Made by a program: the position numbers and the translations under genes
Shown: positions 24,962 through 38,719 of the stretch, one piece after another
Position numbering within the stretch: position 1 is the stretch's first letter
How the letters are laid out: each line of letters begins with the position of its first letter
Assembly (NCBI GenBank): GCA_964016885.1
Contig: OZ024741.1
Coordinates: forward strand, 358,856,001 to 358,920,000
DNA: 64,000 nucleotides
Source of the DNA: Eledone cirrhosa
Lineage: Eukaryota
Direction of reading: 5' to 3'
Notes under the pieces: model-generated
Database searches by the model: none
What the model saw: the letters and a program-made list of their open reading frames with translations, nothing else
Told to the model about the DNA's origin: nothing

Positions 24962-25470
24962 ATCCTCAGTGTATACTGATTAATGTTCAGAGCCATCCTC
25001 AGCATTCTCGTGTAGCACCCATCCACCATCTGAGTGAGTTTCTTGGTCAGTGTCCAAGTCTCAGACCCATACAGCAGCACAGACTCTACTACAGCAATGA
25101 AGAGGCGGATTTTCAGGTCTCTATGAAGGTCCGACTTCCACACCGATCTCAAGCTGTGGCACGCCGCCCTAGCCTTGCTCGTCCTCTCTGTATGCATCCC
25201 AAAAGTCAGCTCAAAAGTGACACAGAGGAGACTGAGGTTAGCTGGACATGCTCACCGACATCCAGAGTTGACATTGCACTCAGTGCTCCTTTGGGAGCCC
25301 CTACATGGACACACTAGAAGCGGAAGACCAAGGTTAATGTATGTTGATGCCCTAAGGGCAGACACTGGTCTGTTGGAGATGCAGGACATGGCAGCGATAA
25401 TGAGGGACAGAGACCGTTGGAGAGAACTCGTCCATGGATCTCGGGAATTTTACCCGCCTTAGATAGATAG
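24962..25470 (+). mobile_element. RTE-X-like LINE 3' end with an inverted 5' segment
   Basis: Minus 24962-25175 encodes KARAACHSLRSVWKS...VESVLLYGSETWTL...RMLRMALNI. Plus 25185-25462 encodes IPKVSSKVTQRRLRLAGH...GRPRLMYVD...DRDRW. A (TAGA)n tail follows. Confidence 0.88.
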
Positions 25471-25586
25471 ATATATATATATACATATATATACATATAC
25501 ATATATATATATATACATATATATACATATACATATAAATATATATACATATACATATACATATATATACACATATATATATATAC

Positions 25587-25617
<31 letters not shown>

Positions 25618-25920
25618 CATATATATATATACATATATATATATATACATATATATACATACATATATATACATATACATATACATATATACATATACAT
25701 ATACATATATATATACATATATATATATACATATATATATATACATATATATATATACACATATATATATACACATATATATATACACATATATATATAC
25801 ACACATATATATATACATATATATATACACACATATATATATACATATACATATATACATATACATATACATATACATATATATATATACATATACATAT
25901 ATATATATACATATATATAT
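25470..25920. repeat. (TA)n/(TACA)n compound microsatellite
   Basis: Direct reading; source of the spurious Y/I/M/C ORFs. Confidence 0.97.
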
Positions 25921-26149
25921 GGTGGCTGCCAACTCGTTTTCGAGTACGGCCACTACTTTATATCCATGTAGGAGAACCCCTACCAATGCGCTGAACGACT
26001 GACTTTTTAGTCCAGCCAGCGACTTGAAAAACTCTGGTACAAACACTACACTTGTGACAACTATTGACACATAGTGCTGGGCCCATGGTACCATGTGACG
26101 ACATATATATATACATATATATATACATACATATATATATATGTGCCAT

Positions 26150-26292
26150 GGAGGCACATGGCTTAGTGGTTAGAGCATTGGCCTTGCAATCGAAAGGTTG
26201 TGAGTTCAATTCTCAGACCGGGTGATGTGTTGTTTCCTTGAGCAAGACACTTTATTTCACATTGCTCCAGTTTACTCAGCTGTAGAAATGAG
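26150..26292 (+). mobile_element. tRNA-derived SINE family B (other copies ~32125-32300, 48670-48950, 51770-51965, 59990-60150, 60225-60545)
   Basis: A-box-like tggcttagtggttag, B-box-like gagttcaattc, then gtgttgtttccttgagcaagacactttatttcac. Confidence 0.8.
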
Positions 26293-26295
26293 ATG

Positions 26296-26494
26296 ATAGG
26301 GACTGGGTTCCCTATCATTCCACTGCAAAGTGGTCGTGGAGGTGCCACAGCAAAAAAGCACCCAGCACTCACTGTAAATGAGGTTGGTGTTAGGAAGGGC
26401 ATCCAGCTGTAGAAATCAAGCCAGAATCAGTTCCCGTCCCACCCTTGCAAGCAGGGAAAAGTGGACGTAAAATGAAATGATGAAATGATGATGA

Positions 26495-26495
<1 letters not shown>
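26296..26495 (+). mobile_element. RTE 3' UTR fragment
   Basis: aaaaagcacccagcactcactgtaaatgaggttggtgttaggaagggcatccagctgtagaaa is identical to 62948-63010; tail follows. Confidence 0.85.
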
Positions 26496-27699
<1,204 letters not shown>

Positions 27700-27700
<1 letters not shown>

Positions 27701-27908
27701 TCATCATTCGTCGACTACTGTCGAGATGATGGATCTCACTCTCATGCCCCAGAATTCCCTGTCCCCCATCGCTGCCCCCAGGTCCTGTCTGCTGATTCCC
27801 GTATCCCTAGAGATAACGTCAGGGAATGACAGCTTCCTACTCCTAGTCAGGCTGGAGTCAGAGTTCCAGAGCAAGAGAGCGGATATGATTTCATTGCTGG
27901 CACGGTGA
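27700..27908 (-). mobile_element. RTE-X-like LINE 3' fragment
   Basis: [14 protein letters not shown]...[13 protein letters not shown]...AMGDREFW followed by a (GAT)-type tail; homologous to 43040-43262. Confidence 0.75.
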
Positions 27909-28614
27909 CATATATGTGTGTGTGTATACACACAGTATCAGGCTGGATATGAACATGTGTCAGCAGCCTAGCAGATAAGAGTGTCGTTACCCTAAGTTTA
28001 AAAATAAAGGTTCTGAATGCAAATCCAGTCAGCTACTATGTGTCCATATCTAAGAATTAAGACCATAATACATCTCTTGATGATGATCATGAAGACTAAA
28101 TCAATACAGTGTAGATGTAAATATATATTTCTAATTTAGGCACAAGGCCATAATTTGGAGGTAAAAGAGTAGTATGGTCGATTATATCAAACCACCATAT
28201 TACTTAATTGGTACTTTATTTTATCAACCATGGAGAGATGAAAGGCAAAGTTGACCTTCTGTAGATATATATATATATATATATTTATTTCAACTTTAAT
28301 TTGGGAAGTGAGGGAATATGGTTGATGATATTGACTCCAGTACTTAGCTGGTCTTTGTTTTATCGGCCATTGAAGGATGAAAGGTAAAATTGACCTCAGT
28401 GGGAGAGATTTGAACTCAGAACATAAGAAAGGGACATAACTATTATACCACAAAGTCTTTCATCTGACGCTCTACCGTTTCTGCCAACCTAGTAAATATT
28501 ACATTAAACCTTCATCTCCAAAGACAAAGGTTAATAGGCCAAAGAATTATCATCTTTTTGTCAACAACTCATATTAAATATCTAGACATGTGACAGTTTT
28601 GGTCTGACAAAAGA

Positions 28615-29060
28615 TGAATTCTGTGTGTATATATACCCCTTTCATTAAAATTCTGTTTGTGTAACCCTTTCCTTAAAATTTTGTATGTACTCCTTCCTTT
28701 AAAATTCTGTATGAGTTACTCTCTACCCCTAAAAATCTGTCCATTCCCATAAAATTCTGTATGTGTTACCCCTACTCTAAAATTCTATCCAAAAAATTGT
28801 ATGCATGAATTACTCTTTCTCCTAATATTCTTTGTGTTACCTTTACCCTTAGAATTGTGTTTATACATTACCCTTACCCCTAACACTTTATATATGTGTA
28901 AGCCATCTTAAAATTCTGTTTATGTATTCACCCTCCCATTAGAATTAAATATGAGCATACCTCTATATCTAAAATTATGTGAGTACCCGTTTCCCCTGAA
29001 ATTCTGTAAATGTGTAACACCTACCCATAAAATTGCATCTGTGTCACCCCTTACCCATAA
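28615..29060 (+). repeat. Degenerate ~30-bp minisatellite
   Basis: About 14 diverged units resembling aaaattctgtatgtgttacccct(ac)cct. Confidence 0.8.
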
Positions 29061-29419
29061 AAAGAAAATCATTTTCTGAAATTTGTCATCAGAATATCAG
29101 CAGTGATTATTGTCATTGTCTGAATAAGCATAAGCCACATTTTCATCAAATCTTAGCGTTTGGCTCCGCTGGATATGTCTTTTGTGCGGAGAGGATTTTG
29201 GTTGGGATATTGCTGATGACACTGGCGAGGAAGACGAAGATGAAATGGATCCAGACGATGGCTCCGGACAGGCCCAGCCACCTGCTGAGCCTGCTGTGTG
29301 TATACTTTGGTAACATTCTTCTCGATTCAATAAGGCACCAAAAATGTAAGGCTGAAATAAGAAAGTCACTTTATGTTTATTTCTTTGTTGTTTTTTATTT
29401 TTCATTTGGATGTTTTCGT

Positions 29420-29625
29420 ATATAGGCACAAGGCCAACAATTTTGAGGGAAGGGAAAGTCGATTAAATCGACCCCAGTGTGTGACTGGTACTTTATTTTA
29501 TCGACCCTGTAAGGATGAAAGGCAAAGTTAACCTCAGCAGGATTTGAACTCAGATCATAAAGGGCCGTAACTCTATGCGGCAAAGCATGTTGTCCGACGC
29601 CTTACCGATACTGCCAATCCGCTGT
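29420..29625 (-). mobile_element. SINE family A, near full length (others 28128-28260, 28310-28490, 37480-37690, 37702-37870, 41220-41400, 49878-50060 on +, 55735-55900, 55935-56125)
   Basis: tRNA-like head (ggattggcagtatcggtaaggcgtcgg...gagttcaaatcc), core ctttgcctttcatcc..gggtcgataaaataaagtaccag, tail ggccttgtgccta. Confidence 0.88.
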
Positions 29626-30499
29626 GAAAATAATGAAAAATAAATGTGTACAAATGTGATCATACCCACACATACAGATGTAAATGCATACACACACACA
29701 CCGACAAATATAGATGCATACACACATACAGATAGATATATACATACACACATTTGCATTCAAAACCTTTGTGTGAATACAAAAACTTGCTATGATAGTA
29801 CAATATAGATATATATACATATATATATGTGTGTGTGTATACTGTATGTATGGATGCATGCATGTATTTATGTGTGTATATGTATGCATGTACTTACATA
29901 CAGACACAAACAATTATTGTGTAGATGCAAAAACCTGCATACTAATAATACTGATATACCTACCTACACAAACAAACACATGCATAGACATAATTATTAT
30001 GGGAATACAAATACACATAATGATGATTGTGTTTGTAAAATGAAAAGAGAGAAAGAATGGCAGATAGATAAATAGACATAAATAGATAGGTAGATGGATA
30101 GATAGACAGACAGATAAATAGATAGATAGAAAGGTAGATAAATAGATAGATAAGTTTCTATTTATTAGCCACAAGGGCACAAAAGAAGGGGATAAATCGA
30201 TAGATAGACAGATAAATAGATAGATAGAAAGATAGATAAATAAATAGATAGAAAGATAAATAGATAGATATAGATATTATAATGATTTTATGGCCTACGG
30301 TTGAGTTTTTACTATTTCATTTTCTTCTTTTTCACTCTTATTTGCTATATAAAGGTAAAGCTCAATCATAGGGCAGACATTTTTAGAGTACCAACACTTT
30401 ACTTTTTGTAAAATATAGTGTACTAAGTTGAATAATGGTCCTAAATCCTCCTTTGCTTCCACACCCTCTATTCTAACCCCATCACTTCTTTCCCAATCT

Positions 30500-32115
30500 A
30501 CACATCACCGCCTTTAAGCGTGCCCATAATCTCCACAACCTACTGGTGTGAAGTTCCTTCCCTTCTTCCCCTAGGACCCCACGAGGCTCTCATCCCTGTT
30601 TTTGCCCCCAATGTCACTTCATTTCCAACCTCACCCCTCTCACAGGCACTAACAGTTCTTTCTGTATCCTCCACTCCTTCACCTGCATCTCCACCAACAC
30701 TGTCTATGCCCTCTGATATTCTCTTTGCAAGTCCTTATACGTCAGACATACAGGTGGACCAATTTGCAGAACACTTCAAGGATATGTGACTTGGCAGGAA
30801 TACCCTGCTTCACCCATCACTTCCATTCCACAGGCTACTCCTTTCTACGTCCCAGTCCTGGGTATCCTTTTGCATTATAGATTGCCGACCTTGAGCCCAA
30901 GGACTGAGCAGAACTTGATTTTCTGCCTTGGGTCTAGTTTCTTTAATAACTCAACTCCCCTTCACAATTTCTTTATATTTACTCTTCTACACATATCACA
31001 TGCTTCTATACCCCTAGCAACTGTCACCCCTACCCCATCTGCTGTCACACGCACCTGCACATTCACCTCTTCCTACACCATAAATGCTTCTAACAACAGT
31101 TTTCCAAGAGGTGGCGAAATAAATTTTTTTCCTTTCTACCCTTGCTCACTCTATCTTTCTATTTTTTCTTTAATTTTTTATTCTATTTTCTGATGAAGGA
31201 CTAGCGTCCAAAATATTAGGACTTTTCTTACAATATTAAATATGAAACTAATATTTTTATTGAACTTCATTGTCTGTCACCCACCTCACAGCTTTGGCTT
31301 TCTCTTTACTGAACACTAGCCACTGATTTCTGCTATTTTACCCAACTCTTTTAATGATGGCATTTTGTTTTAATAGCTATTCTTGCATTGAGTTTTCTAA
31401 TGTTCCTGTGAATTTCAAATACACTTTGTCTTGATCTTTGAGACAAAAACGTTTATTTATTTACTTTTATCATAACTATGATTTGTTAGCTTTCTATTTT
31501 GGACAGGCACCATGGCATGAAGCCTGCTATCCCTTTCTTTTTTTTAATTCTTTTTCTTTCATTATTTCTCTTTCTTTCCCCTGCTCTTCTTTTCTCCCAT
31601 CTCCTACTTGCTGCTACTTCTGCCACCCCAGGGCTTTTGCTGTCCTTTCTAGTGGTAGCTTGGTGCCAGCAGGATGCACTTTATTTTGCTCTCTGATCTG
31701 TCTGTCTATCTGTTCTGTTTGTTTTATCACACATACATCATACCAGCAGAAATATATTATTTTTCTGTTGCATAAGCCGGAAATTTGATGTGGTCCTCTC
31801 ATTTAAATAGTGCAAAACCACTTTTGCCTGTATGAGAGCTGATGAGGTAGATGTATATGTGAACTTGTCTCATTCATTATCGTTGTTTCTTTCTTCCTAT
31901 CACTTCTACATACATACTCCTCCTTCTCCACTCCTTTCTCAATCATTTCTATATTTCACCCGCCTGTCACCCACCTTGCAGCTCTGCTTTTCTCTCTACC
32001 GACCACAAGCCACTGATTTCTGTCCTTTGAAGTATTTTACTTGATGCTGACATTGACGGCATTTGACTGTTTTAACAGCTATTCTTGTGTTGTGTTTTCT
32101 AATTTTTCTCTGAAT
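30500..32115 (+). mobile_element. Decayed Penelope-like element: GIY-YIG endonuclease remnant plus repeated pseudo-LTR sequence
   Basis: About 30675-30935 reads SFTCISTNTVYAL*YSLCKSLYVRHTG / DQFAEHFKDM ... EQNLIFCLG. A decayed hammerhead lies at ~31185-31225, and 31270-31410 is repeated directly at 31965-32115. Confidence 0.75.
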
Positions 32116-32299
32116 ATATATATTGACAGCTGACCAACATGATCCCAGACCTTATCAAATCGGTCTTTCCAGTTGCTAATACTATCTACCAGTCACAAAT
32201 CCAGGCAGAAGGAACGACATGAAATAAAGAGTCTTGCTCAAGGACATAATGCATCGCCCGATCAGGGAATCAAACTCACAACCTCACGATTGCGAGATT

Positions 32300-32470
<171 letters not shown>

Positions 32471-32874
32471 AGCAATAAATCTCAAAATCAAAATCTCCAT
32501 TTATGGTCATTTAAATATTTCTTCAAGACAACAACAATTCAGACTGAGTTGATTAATTTAGCCCTTTTGATACCAAATCATCTGTAACTGCTCCTTGTTC
32601 TAAGATACAAAACTTTGCTTTAAAATTTTTATAATTATCTAAAAACCTTCCATCATAATTTTATGTAAGAATCTTTAAATTATGTTCCAAACACCAGCTT
32701 AATAATGAGAAACTTATATTACAAAATCCCTTCAAATTTTTGATTAATTTCAAAATTATTTGAAAATTATATACATTAAAAATACGAGAATGAAAGGGTT
32801 AAAGTGCTTATATTTATTTTAAAACATTTCATCCTAAAACCTTTGTTAAATTATGTTCTAAAAATCAGCTTAAC

Positions 32875-33064
32875 CCTTTAGCATTTACATTACTCTATAT
32901 TTACTATTGCATTTTCGTGGTTTTACCTTACATAATTATTTCACATAAATCTATGAGATTTTGATATTGTTTATGTTGAGAACAATACCTTAACATCAGT
33001 ATCAGTGCCTGGTTTGAACAGAAAGAGAATTCTGGCCGGATACGACCGGTTTAAATTCTAAAGG
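32875..33064. mobile_element. TTAA-flanked (piggyBac-like) MITE; related copies ~32560-32800, 55360-55725, 56270-56750, 59637-59760
   Basis: TTAA|ccctttagcattt ... aaattctaaaggg|TTAA. An inverted copy at 55505-55724 shares the internal sequence. Confidence 0.75.
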
Positions 33065-33546
33065 GTTAATAATTAGAAAATTAACTGTGAGTCATGGGTA
33101 ATATCTTTCATTAAAAATGTAGTAATGAAAGTTTTAAAGGCCTTATGCTTATACCTAACAATCTTTGCTACGTTATGTTCCAAACATCAGCTTAATAATG
33201 AGAAATCTAGTTATATTACTAAATCCCTCATATTCTTGATTATTTTCGAAATGATTTGTAAATTATAGATAGTGTGTTTCATAAATAATATGGTAATAAA
33301 AGGTTCAAATTATTGTTGTACATGCATCATCATAAAGTGTGTTAACCATGATAGCATGCTGTTAACAAAGGGAGGTAATTACAGGAGAACTCTTGTTAGA
33401 ATAAACAAAATTCATTAGTTAATAGAACAGGTGAACATATTTAGAAAAGAGAAGAGAATTCAGATATTTAAACGAATTGGGAACATTTCAGACAATGGGA
33501 AAAATTGCAGTAATAAATGCCTTTAGATGTTATATATATATGTGTA

Positions 33547-33576
<30 letters not shown>

Positions 33577-33584
<8 letters not shown>

Positions 33585-33960
33585 TAAACGGAAAAGAAAA
33601 TGCTGACAAATTGTTCCCAGTGAAAAATAGTTTAATTAGGAATAAGTGAGAATTAGTAATAGTATTGGTTAGTATTCAGTTTTGGTTTTAAGTTTTACCG
33701 GTTGTGCATTTCTAATGCATTTCAAAAATAATTTTGAGATAGAGTGTCCGTGATGTTTGCTCTAATCTGATTAGAGCAAACATCACGGACGCTCTATCTC
33801 AAAATTATTTTTGAAAAGCATTAGAAATACGCAACCGGTAAAACTTAAAACCAAAACTGAATACTAACCAATACTATTACTAATTCTCACTTATTCCTAA
33901 TTAAACTATTTTTCACTGGGAACAATTTGTCAGCATTTTCTTTTCCGTTTACCAATATAT
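33577..33960. repeat. ~380-bp spacerless fold-back palindrome centred at 33768, with a decayed hammerhead-like motif
   Basis: ...tttgctctaatc-t-gattagagcaaa...; the arms match out to atattggtaaacgg / ccgtttaccaatat with about 4 differences. Confidence 0.95.
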
Positions 33961-34027
33961 CATAACTCGTGTGTTACACCTCTATTCTTTTAAATATATA
34001 TATATATACACACACATATATATATAA

Positions 34028-34735
34028 GAGAAAGACTTAGGAAACTTTGAGATGAAGTGATAAAAGCTGATCTTGCCCAATTAAACCTCACAAAGAAGAT
34101 GACAGAGGATCGAGATCTCTGGCACCATGCTGTACCGCTGAAGACCCGCCTTCCCATGTGTACCCAAATGAAATGAAACAAACATGTAGAAAACACACTA
34201 GTGTGCACTAATCCTCCCCCCCCCCCCCCATCCCTATCCACTCTCCCTCGTCTTAATACCCAGCTCCATACACCATACACCTGCTAAAATATCCCACACA
34301 CTTTATCGATGTCGAACTTGCTTACCAATTCCTCCACCCCACCTGCCCAACCCATGAAAGCTGGACCCACACAACATCTGTTCTCCCACCATGCTGTTGT
34401 CATGACTAAAAGCAAAAAGTCCACCCTGTATGCTGATCCAGTGCCACAAGAAAAGCACCCAGTCAATCCTGTAAGGTGGTTGTGTTGGTGACATGAGAAA
34501 AAGCACCCAGTCCACACTGTAAAGTGGTCATGTTAGTGACAACAAAAAGCGCCCAGTTCATCTTGTAAGGTGGTCATTTCAGTGCCATGATAAAAAGCAC
34601 CCTGTCTACACTGTAATGTGGTTGGTATTAAGAAGGGCATCATGATCTCCAGCAAACATGATCTCCAGACTTGATAAGTCAAGTCTGGAGATCATGTTAT
34701 AGAGGTTAAATGATGACAACGATGATGATAATGAT
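34028..34735 (+). mobile_element. RTE 3' fragment with expanded ~40-bp UTR sub-repeats
   Basis: ORF end [28 protein letters not shown], then about 5 copies of aaaagcacccagtc.a.ctgtaa.gtggt and a (GAT) tail. Confidence 0.85.
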
Positions 34736-34937
34736 TATACATATATATAACTGCAAAATAAACAGCTACCAAGAAGGAAATCTTTGATTTCTTTGGAGCC
34801 CCCACCCCTTCATTCTCTACGAATTTTAGTAAGTCCCTCAAAATTCTTCATTATTTAATTGAAAAAGTGTATTTCATTAGAAATATAGTTATGAAAGGGA
34901 TTATTGAATTATAAGAGGTGACAAAAGACATTTTATA

Positions 34938-34983
<46 letters not shown>

Positions 34984-35079
34984 TAGAAATCCATGCTTAG
35001 AGGCTTATTCGAGAAAATTCTCAAAACACTCCTACCAGTAATACATTGGGGGAAAATATAGAAGCTGACAAAGTATTAT

Positions 35080-35190
35080 TCAATTTGGTAAATTGCATTC
35101 GTCTGCCCATGGAAGGGTTCCTTTTTTACCAGCAAAGAGAATACTTTCGAAAAGTTCATCTCGGTAGATCATGGGACCAAATATATATGT
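35080..35190 (-). CDS. GRAMD4: GRAMD4-like gene, last coding exon
   Basis: Acceptor ttttatgttgcag|; TYIFGPMIYRDELFESILFAGKKGTLPWADECNLPN*; phase 0. Resembles the GRAMD4 segment VFGAMVHRDEAFETI (from memory). Confidence 0.85.
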   Translation of the reverse strand, partial: TYIFGPMIYRDELFESILFAGKKGTLPWADECNLPN

Positions 35191-35752
35191 CTGCAACATA
35201 AAAATATTCCAACAAAAACAGCAAAGATATATATATTTATAAATAATAATAATAATAAATAAATAAAATTGAGCATAGACACAGACATGGCTGTGAGGTT
35301 AAAGAGTTTGCTTCACAACCATGTAATTTTGGATTCAGTTCTGTTCTGTGGCACCTTGGACAGGTGTTTTCTACTGTCAAAAAACATTGATGCTTCTAAA
35401 AATAGATTGTTTACATACCTACTGCCTAGTTTATGAGGCTTCAGATAACAGAAACATTTGTCAGCTGGTACTTTAGTGTAATGGCTAACACAGCAAAACA
35501 GTATATTGCAGATGTTCAAGTCCCACAGGCGGCAGTGTACAATTATTTCCATCTCTAGGGTTTATATACCAAACTTATTTCACTATTTTTAGTCAAAAAC
35601 CGTTTATGCTTCTAACTTACATAAAAAAACGTTCATGTTTCTAACTTACAAATTTAAATTTCCTACTGCTGAACAGTTTTAAAAATAGATTGTATATGTA
35701 GATGAGTGTGTGGGCATTATTTTTGTGAGACAAAACAAAAATGTATATTTAC

Positions 35753-35821
35753 CTTATCAGAACCAGCCATTGTGACTTCAATAGCCATGCCTCCACCAGG
35801 TAACCATGGATAAGGTTTCGC
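35753..35821 (-). CDS. GRAMD4: GRAMD4-like exon (69 bp, phase 0-0)
   Basis: tttatggcag|AKPYPWLPGGGMAIEVTMAGSDK|gtaaat; resembles GRAMD4 LPGSGMGIAV. Confidence 0.88.
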
Positions 35822-37350
35822 CTGCCATAAATGATATTAGAAAACAAAAATATATTACAACACAAAATTTAATTAAATAATCTCATACATTAACAATAAA
35901 TGAGTATAAGTAGGATGTTTGTGCCTAGTGGTACACCATGTTCCTGCATGTTGTTGGAGGCAACTAAAAGTGTTGGCATCAGGAAGGACATCCAGATACA
36001 AAACATTGCCACAAAAAGGATCTCTTGGTGAGAATGAAGCTTATTGTGGTGCCCACAAAATAGCTTTAAAAAACTTGTTTTTGTTGTGTTGTTTATGCTT
36101 GAAATATGCTATTGCATGGTAGTGAGACATGGGTGATAACTGAAATATATCCATGCTCCAGTGAATATGTAATAACAACATGCATGAGTAAGATGAAACA
36201 AGTGTCTTGAGGGTAAAACTGGAAGATGAATACAGAGCAGGCACTAGTAGTGTTGTGTATATCATAAGTGGAACTTAATATTTTTTAGAGTTAACATATT
36301 TCAACTTCTAGTTTATATTAAAATATAAAATAAACAGGGACTGCGAAGCCACTGTGTCTAGAACAACCCTCACCAAAATACCTGATAACTATGTCCAATG
36401 AGTTAGGACTTAAGATCACTGTAGCCACCAATCTGACTAGCATAAATTATTTAGACATCAACCTAGACCATTGCACACACACACACACATTCAGACCTTT
36501 CCCCAAACTTAATGAAAAATTGACTTATATACACAAATACTCATTGTCAACCACCTACGGTCTTTAAAAACTTTGTCAAAAAAATTAACACAAGGATTTC
36601 TAATCTTTCTTCTAACAAGACCATCTTTGACAGAGCTGTACCTTATTATAACATTGCATTAGCCAACAGTGGCTTCTCAGATAAAATTTCTTACAATACC
36701 AGTAGAAAGAAAAATAGAAATAAAAAATAATTTGGTTTTGTCCATACTTCTCACTTGGAGTTAGAACTAATATAGGTAAGAAATATTTAGTGCTCCTAGA
36801 CAAGCACTTCCCTATAGGACATAAATACAGATCTATCTTTAATAGACAAGGGGGGAGGGGACTCGGATATTCCTGTGCTAAAAATATGAAAGCCCACATC
36901 ACCACCAACTTCAAGAGCTCTCTCCAACATTAATGCTCTTGCAAAAAAGCCAGAATCACACCCTCTACAACAACGGTGTAACACACCCACAGTCATCTAT
37001 GAGGCTGAAGTTATATCCACTTGGTAAAATCATGGTTCAAAAGTTGTCCCTCCTAAAATAGTCTAATTGAGTTGACTCCCTTTTTATTCAATTACTGATA
37101 TCTGCCACTGCAGAATCCAGGTAGCTCATAAATACTTCCTTTCTCCCTATAACCATACACAAGCTGAAGAATCCTTTGGATGAAACATGTGTTCTCAACT
37201 ATGGTTTGTTACTTTGTGTAGAACTAACTCTCTCTCTCTGTATATTTATATATATATATATATATATGCATATAGTATTGGGCCCCTCACATAAAAAAGC
37301 TATTCCTGATAAATATGATAAAATAACTGAAAATGCAAAACACTACTTAC

Positions 37351-37432
37351 ACGTTCCAACTTGACAATGTCAGAAAGTGGCAGCACAAAATTCTTGCTTG
37401 ATGGTGATTTTGTTCTTTCAAAGCACAAAAAG
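37351..37432 (-). CDS. GRAMD4: GRAMD4-like exon (82 bp, phase 2-0)
   Basis: ccactttcag|(S)FLCFERTKSPSSKNFVLPLSDIVKLER|gtaagt; GRAM LCF motif. Confidence 0.9.
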
Positions 37433-38592
37433 CTGAAAGTGGAATGAAATGATGATAATAATGATAATAATAATAATAATTTCTATCATAGGCACAAAGC
37501 CAACAATTTTGGGTGAGGGGAAAGTCGATTTAATCAACCCAGTACATTACTGGTGCTTTATTTTATGGACCCTATAAGGATGAAAGGCAAAGCTAACCTC
37601 GGTGGGATTTCAACTCAGAAGGTAAAGGGACATAACTATGTTGCAAAACATGTTGTCCAACCCTCTACCAACACTACCAACCCAACACCCTAATAATAAT
37701 AATTGTTTCTACTTTTGGCACAAGGCCAGCAATTGTCCCAGTGTATTCCTGGTACTTTATTTTATCAACCCCATAAGGATGAAAGGCAAAGTTAACCTCG
37801 GCGGGATTTGAACTCAGATCATAAAGGGCCGTAACTCTTTGCTGCAAAGCATGGCGTCAGACCCTCTACCCTTATCATAATATTACCACAATATTACCAC
37901 ACCCTAATAATAATAATAATAACAACAACAATAATGATAATAATCCTTTGTATATTTATCATGAGGGCTTACAAAAAGATTGATGGAATATGAGACAATA
38001 CAGTGTGGGATTATATGAAAATGTGTACAAAGAAGGAATAGTAAAACCAAAAACAAAAGTGGGTAACAAGAAAATTCAAACAAAGAAAAGAAAAATTCTA
38101 AAATTCACCAATACAGAGTGAGACTTCTAAGGGCTGCTTAGGGAAACCTCACAAAAACCAGGAAAAAAGTGATGTGTTGGGTCTACTGCTCAAGTGGGGC
38201 TACTGACCTCCCAGTCAGGCTGGGTGACCGCCTTTTGCTTACAATAACTCCTGTACTCTATGAAATGCATTTTATCATGACACCAATAAACTCTTTGTTT
38301 GGCAAGCTTTCTATGTATTTATCATATAGATCACCAACACTACAGAGATTGTCATGTCTTTGATACAACTGAAGGGTTCTCCCCTGTATATACACTTAAA
38401 CTTTAGCAGGCTGAATTTTTTTATGAATTGCTTCCCTTGATGCTGCATTACGTATTAAGGGGATATTATTCTGTTGGTGACATAGTAAGACTTGTAACTA
38501 CTCTGCTGGTAAATATATATACACTTCTATTAATAGAATGAAATAGGAAACCAAACCAATGTAATGTGAATATATTAAATATAAGGTCTTAC

Positions 38593-38683
38593 CTTCGTGT
38601 GAGAAACAGTTTACCATTTTTAAAAGCTGCCGTTAAACTTTTATCTTTGTTAATCAAAGCACAGCGACGTCCTCCTTGCCAAC
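38593..38683 (-). CDS. GRAMD4: GRAMD4-like exon (91 bp, phase 1-2)
   Basis: atcaatgcag|(G)WQGGRRCALINKDKSLTAAFKNGKLFLTR|gtaaga; resembles GRAMD4 GWRCCLINRD...NGVLYVT. Confidence 0.9.
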
Positions 38684-38719
38684 CTGCATTGATAACATAA
38701 TGAATAAGGGATAATTATC

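Noticed and set aside
26158-26225. tRNA gene
   Set aside because: A/B-box-like head continues into a dispersed SINE body; no convincing cloverleaf or acceptor stem.
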